DNA from: Octopus bimaculoides
Lineage: Eukaryota
NCBI RefSeq assembly: GCF_001194135.2
Contig: NC_068984.1
Coordinates: forward strand, 5,290,701 to 5,354,700
DNA: 64,000 nt
Direction of reading: 5' to 3'
Of the stretch, positions 49,525-63,262 are shown in pieces. A model generated the notes under the pieces. It did not search any database and was not told the origin of the DNA. It saw only the letters and a program-made list of their open reading frames with translations. The stretch's first letter is position 1, and each line of letters begins with the position of its first letter. The position numbers were made by a program, and so were the translations under genes.

Positions 49525-49740
49525 TACTTTTTTCTTGGTGATCTCTGACAACTATATCCGGTCTATTGGCCTTAATTTCTCTATCTCTGTGTTTTGGCAT
49601 ATCTCATAGTATTCTTGCTGTCTCATTTTCTGTGACTTTTCCTGGCGTGTGCTATACCTTCCATTTTCTGTTGTTATTTCATAGTGTTGGCATAGCTTCT
49701 CAGTGTTTATAGGTTCCAGCTCTGTCTTGTCTGTGAATAT
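49525..49740 (-). pseudogene. R4/Dong-like (RLE-type) non-LTR retrotransposon C-terminal remnant
   Basis: Reads HTPGKVTENETARIL*DMPKHRDREIKANRPDIVVRDHQEK, matching the H.P..V.EN...ILWD....DR.I.ANRPDIV segment that precedes the RLE catalytic D. Confidence 0.8.
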
Positions 49741-51079
49741 ATTCCTTCTGAGTCAGGATAAATTATTTATTCTCCCTCGCCACAAGTTGAGATTTTCTAA
49801 GTGAACAGAAATATAACTGCGTTACATTAATTATTTTACTTAGAACGTTGGAATATAGGAAATGAAATCGAATATTCTCAATTCAAAACTTGAAATTGTC
49901 GCTAAGTCTCACCTTTTAGTGATTCTTACATCTCCATTATGGCAGCAAGCCTATTCTTTGAACAGCATCAAGAGATGCATATTACGAAATTGTTGACTTC
50001 ATTATTACAAACAGAATAAAATTTAGAAAAGCTGGAATTCCAGGCGTCTATATTAGAAACTGCCCAAAGACAGCCATTTAGAGATCGAAGTAAATAGTTT
50101 GGTGTCTCTAAGTCCTTTAAAATGTATGACGTACACAGCTATTATTTACCATCATGCAATCAAATTGGAATTCAAAGTATTTTCTCTTTCAAATCGACAT
50201 CTGTTCTTTGAAGTCAGCATTGAGATTGTATTGCCATTAGCTATTGATTCAGTTAAAGAGAACGATACATGCTAAAAATAGAAGATTGACAAGTGTGACG
50301 TCATCCGTCATGTGCAGATCAAACAGACGCTTGGCTCTACAGCATGCTAGACTCGCAATTTAAATAATCGTGTATTTCTTGTGATTTGATCGAATACAAG
50401 ACGCTAAAATGGTTGCAAATTTTAAGAAATTGGTGTACAAAAGACGGGTTTATTTTAGACTACATAGTGATAGAAAGAGAAGAATTTACAAGTCAATTTG
50501 AAACAGTTTTTATTTCATAGTAAGATAACAGGGTAACGCCGTTAGTTGGAGAGACTAGCTAGGAAGGTAACTGAATGAAATAAAATACAATAAAAAGTGG
50601 GAGAGTACAGGGAGGTAATGAGGGGGTTTCATTTTCTATAATAGTTTTATGGATATAAAAACTTTTAAAAGTTCATGGATGTAAAAGAGTAAGCTTACAT
50701 ATAATGTTTATAGATATAGCGGTAGATATAAAAGTAGATGGGTAGATATAAAAGTAGATGGGTAGATAATTAGTTAGACTGACAGGTGGGAATGCAAGTA
50801 GGTAAATTAAATGTGTTAACACATTATGTGTTCCGCTCGAGGGTTTGCATTCTGGAAATTTCGTCAGTAATTTTCAGTTTTAAGTTGTCCACGGCAAATT
50901 GAGGCAAATAGCAATAATGTGTTGGATAAATCAGCCAGTGATACGCTTGTTAAATAAAGAAATACTTGATGCTCGTGGCTGTAATGTGTTAGGTCAAAGG
51001 TTCGTTACCTTAAATCATTATATACAATTAACATTACCATCTGGATCTATTGGAGGCATTCGAATGAGGACTCGGAGAA

Positions 51080-51292
51080 GGCGGCGAGCTGACAGAGTCG
51101 TTAGCACGCCGGGCGAAGTGCTTAGCGGTATTTCGTCTGTCTTTACGTTCTGAGTTCAAATTCCGCCGAGGTCGACATTGCCTTTCATCCTTTTGGGGTC
51201 GATTAAGTAAGTACCGGTTGCGTACTGGGGTCGATCTAGTCAACTGGCCCCCACTCCCCCAAAATTTCGGGCTTTGTGTCCAGGGTAGAAAA
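51080..51292 (+). mobile_element. Full-length Deu/Nin SINE, type-2 tail, with 13-bp TSD
   Basis: GAATGAGGACTCG occurs at 51062-51074 and 51293-51305. Confidence 0.92.
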
Positions 51293-52874
51293 GAATGAGG
51301 ACTCGCGACTGACGCACAATAACCTCCGTTATCCGACAATTACGGAAGACCCGGATGGTGTCAAGCATACATTTCTGGCTGAAAGATTATGTAATATATT
51401 GTATTGTATCGTGTGGTAGTTCTATTGTATCATATTACATAATATTGTATTATATCATATTATAGACGCAGGCAGAGGTGTATGGTTTCAAGTTCAACTC
51501 CAAAGCACGGCATCACGTGGTTTCGGCTTCAAATCCCCTGCGATGCATTGGCCAGCCTGGGTCCATAGTAGAAGACAGTCTTCTTCCATAAACCCAGGCC
51601 GGTCTATTCATTGCAAATATACAAACATCCAAAACGACGGTAATCACGTATAACAATGAGTACTGTATCCAACGTGTTCTTTATTTTCACATCTTGGCAG
51701 GGTGTTATTTGAGGAATATTCCATCACTATTTCTAGCTGTTTGAGTGCCTTCTGTAGATGCTGTTATGCCGCTGTTGGATTTGTTGGTGGTGTCGGTGAT
51801 GGTGGTATGGTTGCGATGGTGATTTGTGGCGATTGTGGGGTGTTGGTAAGGTGTTGGTGGTGACGACGATGGTGTAGCGTTATGTGGTGCTAGTTGGTGA
51901 TTGTCTTGGTTTAGTGTGGAAGTGGCGAGGTGCAGTATGAGGGTAGTGGTGGTGGAACGGAGGTGTCTACTTGTTCAGCTTGAAGCGAATTTATGCCGCA
52001 TATTTTAACATCTCAGTAAAAACACAATCCATAGATTGGCGTTTTGCTGCGGGGTGGCGTTGGGAGGTGGGTTCAATATTGGAATGGATAATATTTTTTT
52101 GGTGTAGAGAATTCTTCATGGAATGGTTTGGTTTAATGGACAACCAGAATCACTCAGAAGAACGAAAACTGTAACATCAGCAACAACAACAACAGCAATA
52201 TTTGTAATTATGATAATATGAAAGATAATACAAGCCAGCTTCTGAAGGATGGATCAGAGTAACAATTATACCGCCCNNNNNNNNNNNNNNNNNNNNNNNN
52301 NNNNNNNNNNNNNNNNNNNNNNNNNNNNNNNNNNNNNNNNNNNNNNNNNNNNNNNNNNNNNNNNNNNNNNNNNNNNNNNNNNNNNNNNNNNNNNNNNNNN
52401 NNNNNNNNNNNNNNNNNNNNNNNNNNNNNNNNNNNNNNNNNNNNNNNNNNNNNNNNNNNNNNNNNNNNNNNNNNNNNNNNNNNNNNNNNNNNNNNNNNNN
52501 NNNNNNNNNNNNNNNNNNNNNNNNNNNNNNNNNNNNNNNNNNNNNNNNNNNNNNNNNNNNNNNNNNNNNNNNNNNNNNNNNNNNNNNNNNNNNNNNNNNN
52601 NNNNNNNNNNNNNNNNNNNNNNNNNNNNNNNNNNNNNNNNNNNNNNNNNNNNNNNNNNNNNNNNNNNNNNNNNNNNNNNNNNNNNNNNNNNNNNNNNNNN
52701 NNNNNNNNNNNNNNNNNNNNNNNNNNNNNNNNNNNNNNNNNNNNNNNNNNNNNNNNNNNNNNNNNNNNNNNNNNNNNNNNNNNNNNNNNNNNNNNNNNNN
52801 NNNNNNNNNNNNNNNNNNNNNNNNNNNNNNNNNNNNNNNNNNNNNNNNNNNNNNNNNNNNNNNNNNNNNNNNGC

Positions 52875-52908
<34 letters not shown>

Positions 52909-53695
52909 CAACAACAACACCACAATAACATACTACAAGCAAAAACTAATTTACAAATAACGAAAACAAGGCTGAAAGTCATAGCGCTCTATTTTGTATG
53001 TAAAAATATATTGACTCACTTTCTGTCATGCTTCCATTTTGAATTGTGAATGTGGAATAGATAATAATAATTATATAACCATGGAAAATAAAGCAATAAT
53101 TTAATAGCAATAATAGCAATGATATTAAACTAAAAGCGTTAATAGTAATGACAATAGTTATAGCACCACTATCTAAATAAATAATAAAATACACAGCCAT
53201 TAAACTGATATTTTTTCCCTAAATTGATGTTAGCTATTTAACACCTTGTTACAATCTCAAATCATTCGTCTCAACGGATAATTATATTGGCGGCTTTTGT
53301 TTAGCGAAATCCTTCTTCAAGTTAGTTTTTGGAGAAGGTTTTATAGAATGTTCTGACAGTGATGACTTTCTCAACTAAAATGCATTATCTGCTGCAAACA
53401 TTCGTCTGCTATCTCGGTTTTCAACGGAGAGTTCATGCTACCGCAAAGTGCAACATATCTGCAAGTTGTTAATATTCCCAGAACATGTTTCGTTTAGCAT
53501 TGACAGTGGTGGTGGAGGTGGTGGTAGTAGTAGTAGTGGTAGTGATGGTGATGTTAATGGATATGATGGTTGCGATGCTGACGTGTGTGTGTGCGCGCGT
53601 GTACGTAATGCCAATGGGTTGATGATTAAAGAGGCGGAGATGGTTTGATGTTAGCTCGATAGAAGTTTTATTCTTTTTATGTTTTCGCCCTGATT

Positions 53696-53910
53696 AAGGC
53701 AGGGAGCTGGCAAAATCATTACAGTGCCTGACAAGATGCTTCGTGGCATTTTTCCGACTTTACGTTTTAAGTTCAAATGACGCTGAGATCGATTTTTCGC
53801 TTCGTCTTTTCTGGATCGATAAGATAAGTATTTGTTGAGCACTAGGATCGGCGCGACAGACTAGCCCCCCCCCCACTGAATTTGCTGACCGTGTGGCAAT
53901 ATTTGAAACC
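53696..53910 (+). mobile_element. Old Deu/Nin SINE copy
   Basis: AAGGCAGGGAGCTGGCAAAATC...TTTAAGTTCAAAT...GATCGATAAGATAAGTA...TTTGAAACC. Confidence 0.75.
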
Positions 53911-54019
53911 AATTTGTTGTCTTGATTCATTGTCTGACACCTGTGATCACCCTAGTCATCAGAATGCAGGATTCTCAACACCGAAAACTACAAAATTCAG
54001 TACACGCAAATCGTCTTCA

Positions 54020-54056
54020 TTTCCTTGATAAAGAGCTTCTGCCCGAAACATCGAAA
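54020..54056 (+). ncRNA. Decayed PLE-type hammerhead-like motif
   Basis: TTTC-C-TTGATAA-A-GAGC-TTCT-GCCC-GAAAC-ATC-GAAA. The topology is retained but the core is mutated. Confidence 0.3.
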
Positions 54057-55183
54057 CTAAATATAATTGCTATACAACGACTCATTCAGAAAATTGAGCC
54101 GACAGACTTCCAACTAAAGGTTTTCTGAACCAGGTTCTGCTATAATCATTTAGTCACAAGCAACGCATTTAATGTGCCACCGTGGGGAGCTGCCTGCACA
54201 GTGTTTACTGATAGGATTCTTAACTCTGCTACCCAATTGTAAATAGGCACAACAGATGAATAAGTACAACAGCCCTGTATAAGAGATGTTTAATTAATAG
54301 ATATAGGCTCCTTTAGAATGTACTTGTAAACTTGATTTTATTGTCCCCAGGCAAGGCACCTATGAACTAGCTGGTATATTCTTCACGAGAAATCTCGAAA
54401 TCATCACGACAACAGAGTTCAATCCCAACAGTAAATCAATAGATGGCCAGACGTCACTTCTTACACAAACCAAAAGAGAGTTCTTTTGTAAAGATAAAAC
54501 AACAGGTAATTATTAAATTGCTCACGTGGTCGCGACACCCACAATTTTCCCGTTCAAATGACAAAAATAATTCTTAGAATATGTAATGAAATTTTAGAAA
54601 CAGTCATTTATTTATTTATTTATTTGTTCTAAACTGTTTCTAGTGCTTTTATTGTATATAAATTGAAAACTAAACAGATGATATTTTTTTTCTTTATATT
54701 AAATTATCATTCAAATATATCTTTTCAAAGTGACATTATTTATTTCATAAATAATACATTGCACGCTATTTTCTCAAAACTCAAGCTAAATGGTGTATTT
54801 AAAAATCTTATTACACCAAAATAATTTACTTGTCAATATCGTTCGACTTTACGACTTTCTAAGGTGGAAAGTTCAGAAAAGAAGTTTCTAATTTTTTCTT
54901 GAAACAAAAAGAAAAAAGACTTCGTAAAACATGGGTCGGCGTAACACAGACGCAAATATAGTTGCGTGTTTAGGTTCGCTTCGTAATTTCGTAGTCTCAG
55001 AATCAATTTAAATGCGCGAAATCTCATAGAATTATCGACTATAAACTGGTAATCTGTCGGCTACAGCAACGAGGGTTCCAGTTGATTCGATCGACAGAAC
55101 TGCCTGTTAGTGAAATTAATGTGCAAATAGCTGAGTACATTACAGACATGAGTTTCCTTAATGTAGTTGACAAGGAAATTAGG

Positions 55184-55358
55184 TGTGACACAGAATGTGA
55201 TAAGGCTGGCCCTTTGAATTACAGGTACCACTCATTTTTGCCAGTTGAGTGGACTGGAGCAACGTGAAATAAAGTGTTTTGCTCAAGGACATACACGCGG
55301 CCCAGAAACGAACTTACGATCGTGGGTCGAATGCCCTAACCACGAAGCCACGTGTCTT
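55184..55358 (-). mobile_element. SINE family D
   Basis: The reverse complement gives CACGTGGCTTCGTGGTTAGGGCATTCG...TCCTTGAGCAAAACACTTTATTTCACGTTGCTCCAGTCCACTCAACTG. Confidence 0.85.
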
Positions 55359-55652
55359 GTCTATTCTCGATTATGATAGCAGAAAGTCGACCACAGCCTT
55401 GTCAGTTAAAATGGATAAAACGAAATTGTGTGCGATCCCGTTCAGAGGATAGGATTTTTCAGTTTTAGGATGGTAAACTTAATACGCCCATCTAGTTTCA
55501 CAGCGCCACCTGGCCTTTGGTTGGCTTAAGTAGAATCCACACTGTTGCAAGAATTCCTATCAGCCCTCTATGAATAACTTCTTCCCTTTTGTCATTCATC
55601 AAAACACTGAGAACATTTCCAAAACTCACCTGAACTTTTGCGTGTGTGTGTA

Positions 55653-57214
55653 AACTGTGTATCACGCCTTATTCAGGTCAAATTATTGTTGATATTTTGA
55701 ATATCAAACAGTGTACAAACGTGAAACTCGGTCCACTGAAAGATCCGAGGTAGGTACACACGTAGTGAACATTTTAATCGTATCGATAAGCTACATACAA
55801 AGTTATGTTGAGTTGTGTATTTTGAGGTGCCTTCAGCTGCGTCTCGCTTTATGACAGGTGTACGAAAATGCACCTGAAGCGCTGTCTGACAGCTACAGAG
55901 AAGGCGCGAATTGTTTCAGGTGTCGCAGATGGCTTATCTGTAGAGAATTAGCCCAAGAACTTGGTCAGGATACAAGAACATTGATGGCGTATGTGGAAAA
56001 TCCCATCACCAAAGCAAGGCAAGATAAAGGTACGAGAAGAAGTGTATCCCAGCGTAATATCTGAAAAATAGGTAGACAAGTAAGGAAAGACCTTGGTAGC
56101 ACAAGTGCTGCCATATTTGAAAGTGCTGGGGTTGCTCCTTTGCTCAGAAGGACCCAGTTTTGGATCCTTAAAGAGACGGTCAGAAGTGTTTAGTGCATCG
56201 CTAGACCCATCCTAAGCAAGAACCACAGAGAAGCGTATTGAGTGGGCACGGAAGTACATGAAGGTCAATTTCGAAGATATCGTCTTCATGGATGATGTCA
56301 GAGCTATTCTGGATGGCCCCGATGGATGGGCCAAAGCTTGAGTACGTCTTGGAGTCCCTCGCCTGCAACGAATTCGGCATCAACAAGGAGGAAGTGGTGT
56401 CATGTTATGGGAAGGAATCATAGGAAATGAACTTGTCGGGCGTTACCGAGTGCCAGAAAGTGTCAAACTCACCAGCAATTCCTACACTGCGTTTCTGGAG
56501 GAGCATTTTGCAGCATGGTTAGATGATCTACCACTCTCACATCGATGGCGATTGATTTTTATACATGAAAATGCTCCTTTGCATTCAGTCAAGGCGAAAA
56601 TTTCATACCTCGCAACTTTGGGAACCACTGGCCAATCACTCATGAGTTGAGCCCCCTGTTCTCCTGATCTAAACCCTATCGATCAACTCTGGTCGATCTT
56701 GAAGAGGAAAGTGTATGAAGGAGGTATCCAGTTTTCATCGAAGGATGCCCAGTTGGAAAAGAGCAAAACATTTGCTGGTACCACAACATCTTCTCAGATT
56801 AGTCAGTCAACAGTGTCTGTGGACAAAAGACTGTTTAATGTCATTTCTAAACAAGAAAGTTACGTAGACAAATAAAGTGCAGCACGAACAATTTGTGTTT
56901 GCTTCATACCTTTTGCTGCTAGTTTTCGGTAGCGTGTTTCATTATTACAATAAAATGGAAATATAACGATACTTTGTTTCATTACCTTAAATTGACATTT
57001 TCGTACACCTACAATAAAGCGTGACACAGTTGAAAGCACCTCAAACTACATAACTCAACATAACTTTGTATGTAGCTTATCAATACGATTGAAATTTTCA
57101 CTGCATACGTACCTACCTAGGATCTTTCAGTGGACGAATTGTCTTGTTTGTACAATGTTTAATATTCAAAATATCAACAAAAATTTGACCTGCAATAAAG
57201 TGTGATACACAGTT
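55653..57214 (+). mobile_element. Full-length Tc1-like DD37E (TRT-like) transposon with ~218-bp TIRs and TA TSD
   Basis: TA at 55651-52 and 57215-16. The arms 55653-55870 and ~56996-57214 are reverse complements. Confidence 0.92.
55868..56875 (+). pseudogene. DD37E transposase pseudogene
   Basis: Reads MHLKRCLTATEKARIV..., IVFMDD.RAILDGPDGW, QQGGSGVMLW.GIIGNELVG, IFIHENAP-(37 aa)-SPDLNPIDQLW, YVDK*. Contains stops and frameshifts. Confidence 0.9.
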
Positions 57215-57246
<32 letters not shown>

Positions 57247-57259
57247 TGTATGTATGTTT

Positions 57260-57493
57260 GGGTGTGTATATCTTTGTGTATTTTGTCCTTGACTACCACT
57301 TGATAACCGGTGTTGGTGTGTTAATGTACACATAATTTCGCCGTCCAGCAAAAGAAACAGATGGAATTAATACAAAGCTTTTTAAAAAAGTAAGTACTTG
57401 GGTCAATTGATTCAACTAAAATTTTTGAAGGTGGTGCCCCAGCATGGCCGTAGTCTAATGAGTGAAACATGTAAAAGATTGAGATAAAAAAGA
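57260..57493 (+). mobile_element. 3' half of SINE B
   Basis: GATAACCGGTGTTGGTGTG...GGTGGTGCCCCAGCATGGCCGTAGTCTAATGAGTGAAACATGTAAAAGA. Confidence 0.8.
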
Positions 57494-58038
57494 AGATATA
57501 TTTCTTCAGGGTGCGTTTTGAGGTATAGTTGGCTACTAAATTTAGCAAGTCAAATGATCCTGATGAAATCCCATCAACGTTATTATTGTTGTTGTTCTTT
57601 TCACTAGGTCAACATTGAACAAGTAGAACCATGAACCAAACATTCCAATCCTGCCCATTCCATCGACTTCTATTGTGTTGTGTGGGAGTTGTAGGCTATT
57701 TAGCTGTTATTTTTAACAAGATGAGTGAGCAAGTGGAGAGTCACACACTGGTTTGGGAATTCTAATGCCGTTGTTGTTTAATGCCAGGTTATGATTGATT
57801 TTGCAGAACTATAATCATTGACAATCCGTACATGGCCATCCTATCTCTTTCTTACCTCAGCGGCCATGTTAGCTACTGAGTCTAATTTGATTTAAAGTTG
57901 TGCGATTTGAGAAATATTTCGCTCTTATTTCTAGAAGAGCCAGTTTCTGAATAAACAGCGCATCCTTAGTACGAGTAAAGCTTCTAAACTGATGTTAAAC
58001 TATTAGTACAATTAATAAAACAAAAGTAAATAAAATTA

Positions 58039-58257
58039 AGGCGGTAAGGTGGCAGAATCGTTAGCGAGGCGGATAAAAATGCTTAGCGGCATTTTGTCCG
58101 TCTTTAACGTCCTGAGTTCAAATTCAGCCGAGGTCGACTTTGCCTTTCATCCTTTCGAGGTCGATTAAATAGGTACCAGTCACACACTGGGGTCGATCTA
58201 ATCGACTTTACCCCTCTCCTACAACTGCTAGCCTTTTGCCAAAACGTGAAACCCGTA
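58039..58257 (+). mobile_element. Deu/Nin SINE copy (third tail variant)
   Basis: GGCAGAATCGTTAGC...GAGTTCAAATTC...GAGGTCGACTTTGCCTTTCATCCTTTCGAGGTCGATTAAATAGGTACCAG. Confidence 0.9.
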
Positions 58258-59172
58258 TAAGGCAAAAAACAAAAAAAACATAATAGGAATAAAAATTACA
58301 CTGATTGTAGGAAAGCAAAAAATACCATTAATTCAATAATAATAATAATAATAATAATAATAATTGTTTTTAAACGATGTGATTGAGGTGTTGTGAAGTT
58401 TATTCATTTTCTTAAGACGTTAATGGAATAGTTGCTGCAGAAACCAAAATTGGGGCTCGTCGCATTATAAGGGAGCATGTACTTTACAGCTTTGGTTCGA
58501 TAAAAATTCTATGAGAACCTTTTTAGTACGCTTGAAAGTCTCCCAAACGATTTAATTGAAAACATTTTCCATCACGCAAATTTTATTTGTTGTAATGTTG
58601 AGACAGCTCTATACCGTAGCACTGAAGAAAATTATAACAAAAGGTAAAAAGTGTGGTGTGTTGAAATTGAATCTCATCCAAACTACATTCACATTAACAT
58701 AGAAATTACCGTCGATGACACTGAAGTAGACTTGACTGAGATTTCTATATAATTTAGCTGAAAGTGAGTTAATGGCCGATATTTAAAATGTGCCAGTGAA
58801 GGAGAGCACTAAGCAAGTGTTATTTCCAACATACATGTGTTGAATTTGGTGATGCTTAAATATATTTAATTGGCTGGTGTTAAGTACTTGGAAAAAAAAT
58901 ATTCGTGCGTATTCTCACTCTCTCTCTCACACACACACTCGCACGTACACACACACACACACACGTACGTACACACGCACCTACACACAGAGGCATACTC
59001 ACACACTTTAACGTTAACAAAAACAGACATTCACATGCATACACGAACGCAAACAGGTTTAAAGTTTTTATATAATACACATGAATATGTGTCTGGACAC
59101 ACACACACGCACACATACACACACATATGAGTATGTATATGTATATAGAGATACATAGATTTATATACATAA

Positions 59173-59222
<50 letters not shown>

Positions 59223-59319
59223 TGATGTGTGTATATATATATATATGAATGTGTGTGTGTATACACACACACACACNNNNNNNNNNTGTATATATATATA
59301 TATGAATGTGTGTGTGTAT

Positions 59320-59378
<59 letters not shown>

Positions 59379-59822
59379 CATATATACACACACATCTAAA
59401 TATATATACATAAATGTATCATAGAAAAAGTGAGGTGTTGGAGATAGTAATGAGGAGAAGAGGATAAACTTTTGCTATTAAAGGAATTTTAACCCTCAAG
59501 AAAGTGGGAAGTTAACAAAAAGGTACATGCTTTCAGAAGGAGTTAAGTTTCTAATTTATTATCGATTTTAATATAAAAGCGAAATATTTCCTGAATATTA
59601 TTAATAACCCTTTCTACTGGTCCTACAAAAAAGACGATTAGAATTTAGGTTACATATTATAGGACTTTCTATCAGTTCTATCAGTATTACTACAAATATA
59701 CTTAAAAATAATTCGCTATCGCTGCCAAATTTTTCCCGCAATAGAAGATATTTTCAATGATTTTGATAATTATTACAGTGATTCTCTTAACTGCAGCGGA
59801 TTCTCGGTGAAGTACAGCACTT

Positions 59823-59902
59823 AGAAGAAGAAGAAGAAGAAGAAGAAGAAGAAGAAGAAGAAGAAGAAGAAGAAGAAGAAGAAGAAGAAGAAGAAGAAGA
59901 AG
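59823..59902. repeat. Perfect (GAA)n, ~26 units
   Basis: Direct reading. Confidence 0.97.
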
Positions 59903-61445
59903 GACGGTGACAAAAACAACAGTAGCAGCAGAGACAACAACAAGAACAGCAGCAAAAACAAAAACACAAAATGCTGTACAATATGACACAATGTGGTATA
60001 ATCCACCGTGCAATCTAACAGTGTACGTGCATTGAAAACATTCTTGAAATTGTTTGCTGAACATCCCAGCCCTCACAGAATGAAATAAAAATTTACAATA
60101 CAAGTTCTACTAAAAATAATAAACTATTACAAAACATAGATTCTCACAAAATCTAGTCTATTCTAACCACTGTAACCAACTCCATACAATCTAAACTAAA
60201 TTCAGTTGCGCCGACCATCAATATATTGCGACTTCATCACTCGAAAGTAACTCATAAGAGAGCAAGCGTAAAGAAAAGCTGCTGTGTAAACAAACAGTCT
60301 ATGTTATACGTAAGCCTTACAATTATTACCTTTAAAGTAGAGTCTAACCACCATTCCTATATTTTTCGCAACAAGAATAAAATCAAGTATATGTTATTTT
60401 CGAACTTCCTCTGCAATCTAATGTTGTAAATCACTAACACACTTAGATTGAAGATATATTTCTCTGTATTAACTCAGACCTCGGTACTGTGTGTGTTTCC
60501 GCTTTGTTTTGGATGCTAGGTTATGATTTGTCAAAGCCTTTGCTGTTGTATTTACGGCATGTCACGATATCTCACTCAAGTATTCTTCTTATTATTTTAG
60601 AATTCTAATCTATAAATCTGACCCGAATGTGTTAGAATTAATTATTTATAGCAAACGTAACGGAGAAATGCATGCATTGATTAATTTGCAATTATCCCCT
60701 GGGTTTTAATTTCGAATAGTTAGGCACCGAACAAAACCATTAGGAAGCACCGAATGAGTTGTCACATGACTCCCGAGAAAGACATTCCCCAACCTTGTCT
60801 TTCCGTGGAACCCCAGGAGCAACGGTGCTTGGAGGTCCCAATTTGAACTGACAGCAGACAACGTATAGGGACGTTAAGATGGTAAACCTAGGATGGAACC
60901 AAGCACTGTCGGTGGCTGCTTACCGAGTCAGTAGGAATACTTTGACTGCCTCATCCGTCGTCGGATGAAAGGGCACCCAAGTCTAAGTCAGGAACCGAAT
61001 TACATAATATAAAACATTCAATGGAGAGCTCCACATCATCCTTACTTTATTGATTTTGAAAGAATGAAAGTGAGATTAGAACCACTCAGACGATTTGCAA
61101 TCCAAAATCTAGGTTATTGTAAGGAAATATTACGGAAAAGTGCATAAATCAGGCTGCAGCCATTTCTGAACGAAAACATCCCTTTTAATGATTTCTAATA
61201 TAGGTGTAAACCACAGAATTTTTGAAAAGGAAAAGTGCATTATAGGTACCCCTTATGTATAACTGGTATGGATTTCGGAAGGATGAAAATCCATCTCAGA
61301 AAATATGTAAATACAAATGATTACGCTTAACTATTGTTGCAATGTGTTTTATTTCTACTGACATGGATATAGAATTTCAAGGCTTAAATAACATCGATTT
61401 TCCTCAACCTTATTACTTGTTCGGTACTTTTTTTTTTATCTAATG

Positions 61446-61699
61446 CAGTGGTTCTAAACCATTTTATGCCTGTGGACCCATTTGCTTCTTCTTTGCCTCT
61501 ACTGGATCTCCAGAGACATTCGAACTTTTTAACACTTTCATTATATTTTCATAATTGCATATTAACTGGAATTTTATAAAACAATTGTTAAAATGTTTTC
61601 TAAATTTTAGAAGAATAACTAATTTGTTGCTCATAATTTTCAACAACTAGATCTTAAGTGGACCCCAAAGGTCCTATGTAATCCAGCTGAAAACCACTG
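61446..61699. mobile_element. hAT (Charlie-like) MITE
   Basis: Ends CAGTGGTTCTAA / GAAAACCACTG; degenerate 8-bp flanks ATCTAATG / ACCTAACA. Confidence 0.7.
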
Positions 61700-62934
61700 A
61701 CCTAACATTGAAATTACCAAAGGCTGAGTTTACTCCGGTAAGATTTGAACTTAAAGCGACAGAAGTAATGACTCCAAAATATTTCTTCTCTCCTCTTTTA
61801 CCCTCTCTGTCAATCTATTGTCCCCCCCCTCCACCTTCTAATGAAACTATCACCAAATGCCAGCTGTCATTGGACTATTACTTTTAGCAAAACGCCAAAA
61901 TATAATAACGACAACGGCAATTAAGTAGTTGATAAATATATTCTTTCCTGCTTCCAAACAAATGACGTGAGCACAATTGAAAGCAAATTTTCATTTGAAT
62001 TTAATAAATATTTTATTTATTGCAGTCGAAGTCATTTAATTTCACGCCGTATCAAAAACATTTATATACATTTATAACTGTCAATTTATCTGTGTCACAG
62101 TTGTAATAGAATAATTTATAAAAGGTTGTTTTGCAACAGAAAAATTAAATAAAAAAGTGTGATTTTGAAAATTCGAAACGAAAGAAAAGGTAAATAATTC
62201 TGCACATACGTGGAACTGGAAAAAATATCCAGTGTTCAAAAAATATGAAATAAAAGACAAAAAAGATTTAAGAAATTATCGTTGAAATAACTGGTCTGTA
62301 TCGCGTTTTATAAGGCAGCAGTGATGAATAAAACGATAATATCTGAGATAAGTTACCTTAAAATTCATGCTTTATATCCTGCTATACGTTTATATCCTCC
62401 CATGCATGCTCTAGCGGCAAACAAGGATCGAAATTTAATTCACCATTGTAAGCAGACGTAATGGCGTAAGATAGCTGCTTGGATAAGAAAGTTACCAGAA
62501 ATATAGTAATTTTGTAAGCGGAGCAAAACTTGTACACCATTTTTTAACCTTACAAAAATTGAAGATAATTTAGTAATTCACCGAGACTCACTAAGCACAT
62601 TACGATTATTTCATATTTAATGAAAAATATTTGTGTGCTTTCTAAAATTAAATGACCCCGAGAAATTAAAAGAATGCTAATTTTAATGGAAAGTCTACAG
62701 TATACATCTACTTGGTAAAGAATAACATATTAGAAAAAGGTCCAATTTAAGTATTCTACGCTATTACATAACTGATAGTTATTATATCAACTTCGAAAGA
62801 TTGAAAAATAAAATCCATAGTCATCTGGTACTCAAGCTATAACTAAACGAATTATTTTGCCGCGTTCCATCATCTCTACCACCAGCTCTACTCCTTACAT
62901 ACAATACAATCTTATGTAGTTGAAATTTACCTCC

Positions 62935-63262
62935 GCCGGCCATGAATGACCACGAGATTGCACTTAAAATGTTACTCTCTGATGCACAAGTCCGGGCAAG
63001 GTTGTTTAAGGAAGACCGCCAGTCGCCCGTGCATACCAACCTTCTCCTCTCCACGCCACCGATGTTATTCAAGGGAAAGGCAAAGGCTGATACAGCTTGG
63101 CACCAGTGACGTTGTAACTTATTTCTACAGCTGAGTGAACTGGAGCAATGTGAAAATAAAGTGCCTTGTTCAAGAACAAAACACACAGCCCGGCCCAGGA
63201 ATCGAACTCACTACCTCATGATTGTGAGCCCGTCACTCTAATCCTGAATCATGTGCCTTCAC
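62935..63262 (-). mobile_element. tRNA/CORE-like SINE family E
   Basis: The reverse complement gives GAAGGCACATGATTC...GAGTTCGATTCCTGG...GTTCTTGAACAAGGCACTTTATTTTCACATTGCTCCAGTTCACTCAGCTGTAG. Confidence 0.85.

Noticed and set aside
50721-50768. 20-bp tandem duplication (x2.4); similar tiny duplications near 24550 and 28447-28498
   Set aside because: Ordinary local slippage events.
59225-59345. Direct duplication flanking a 10-N gap
   Set aside because: Typical overlapping contig ends, i.e. an assembly artefact.
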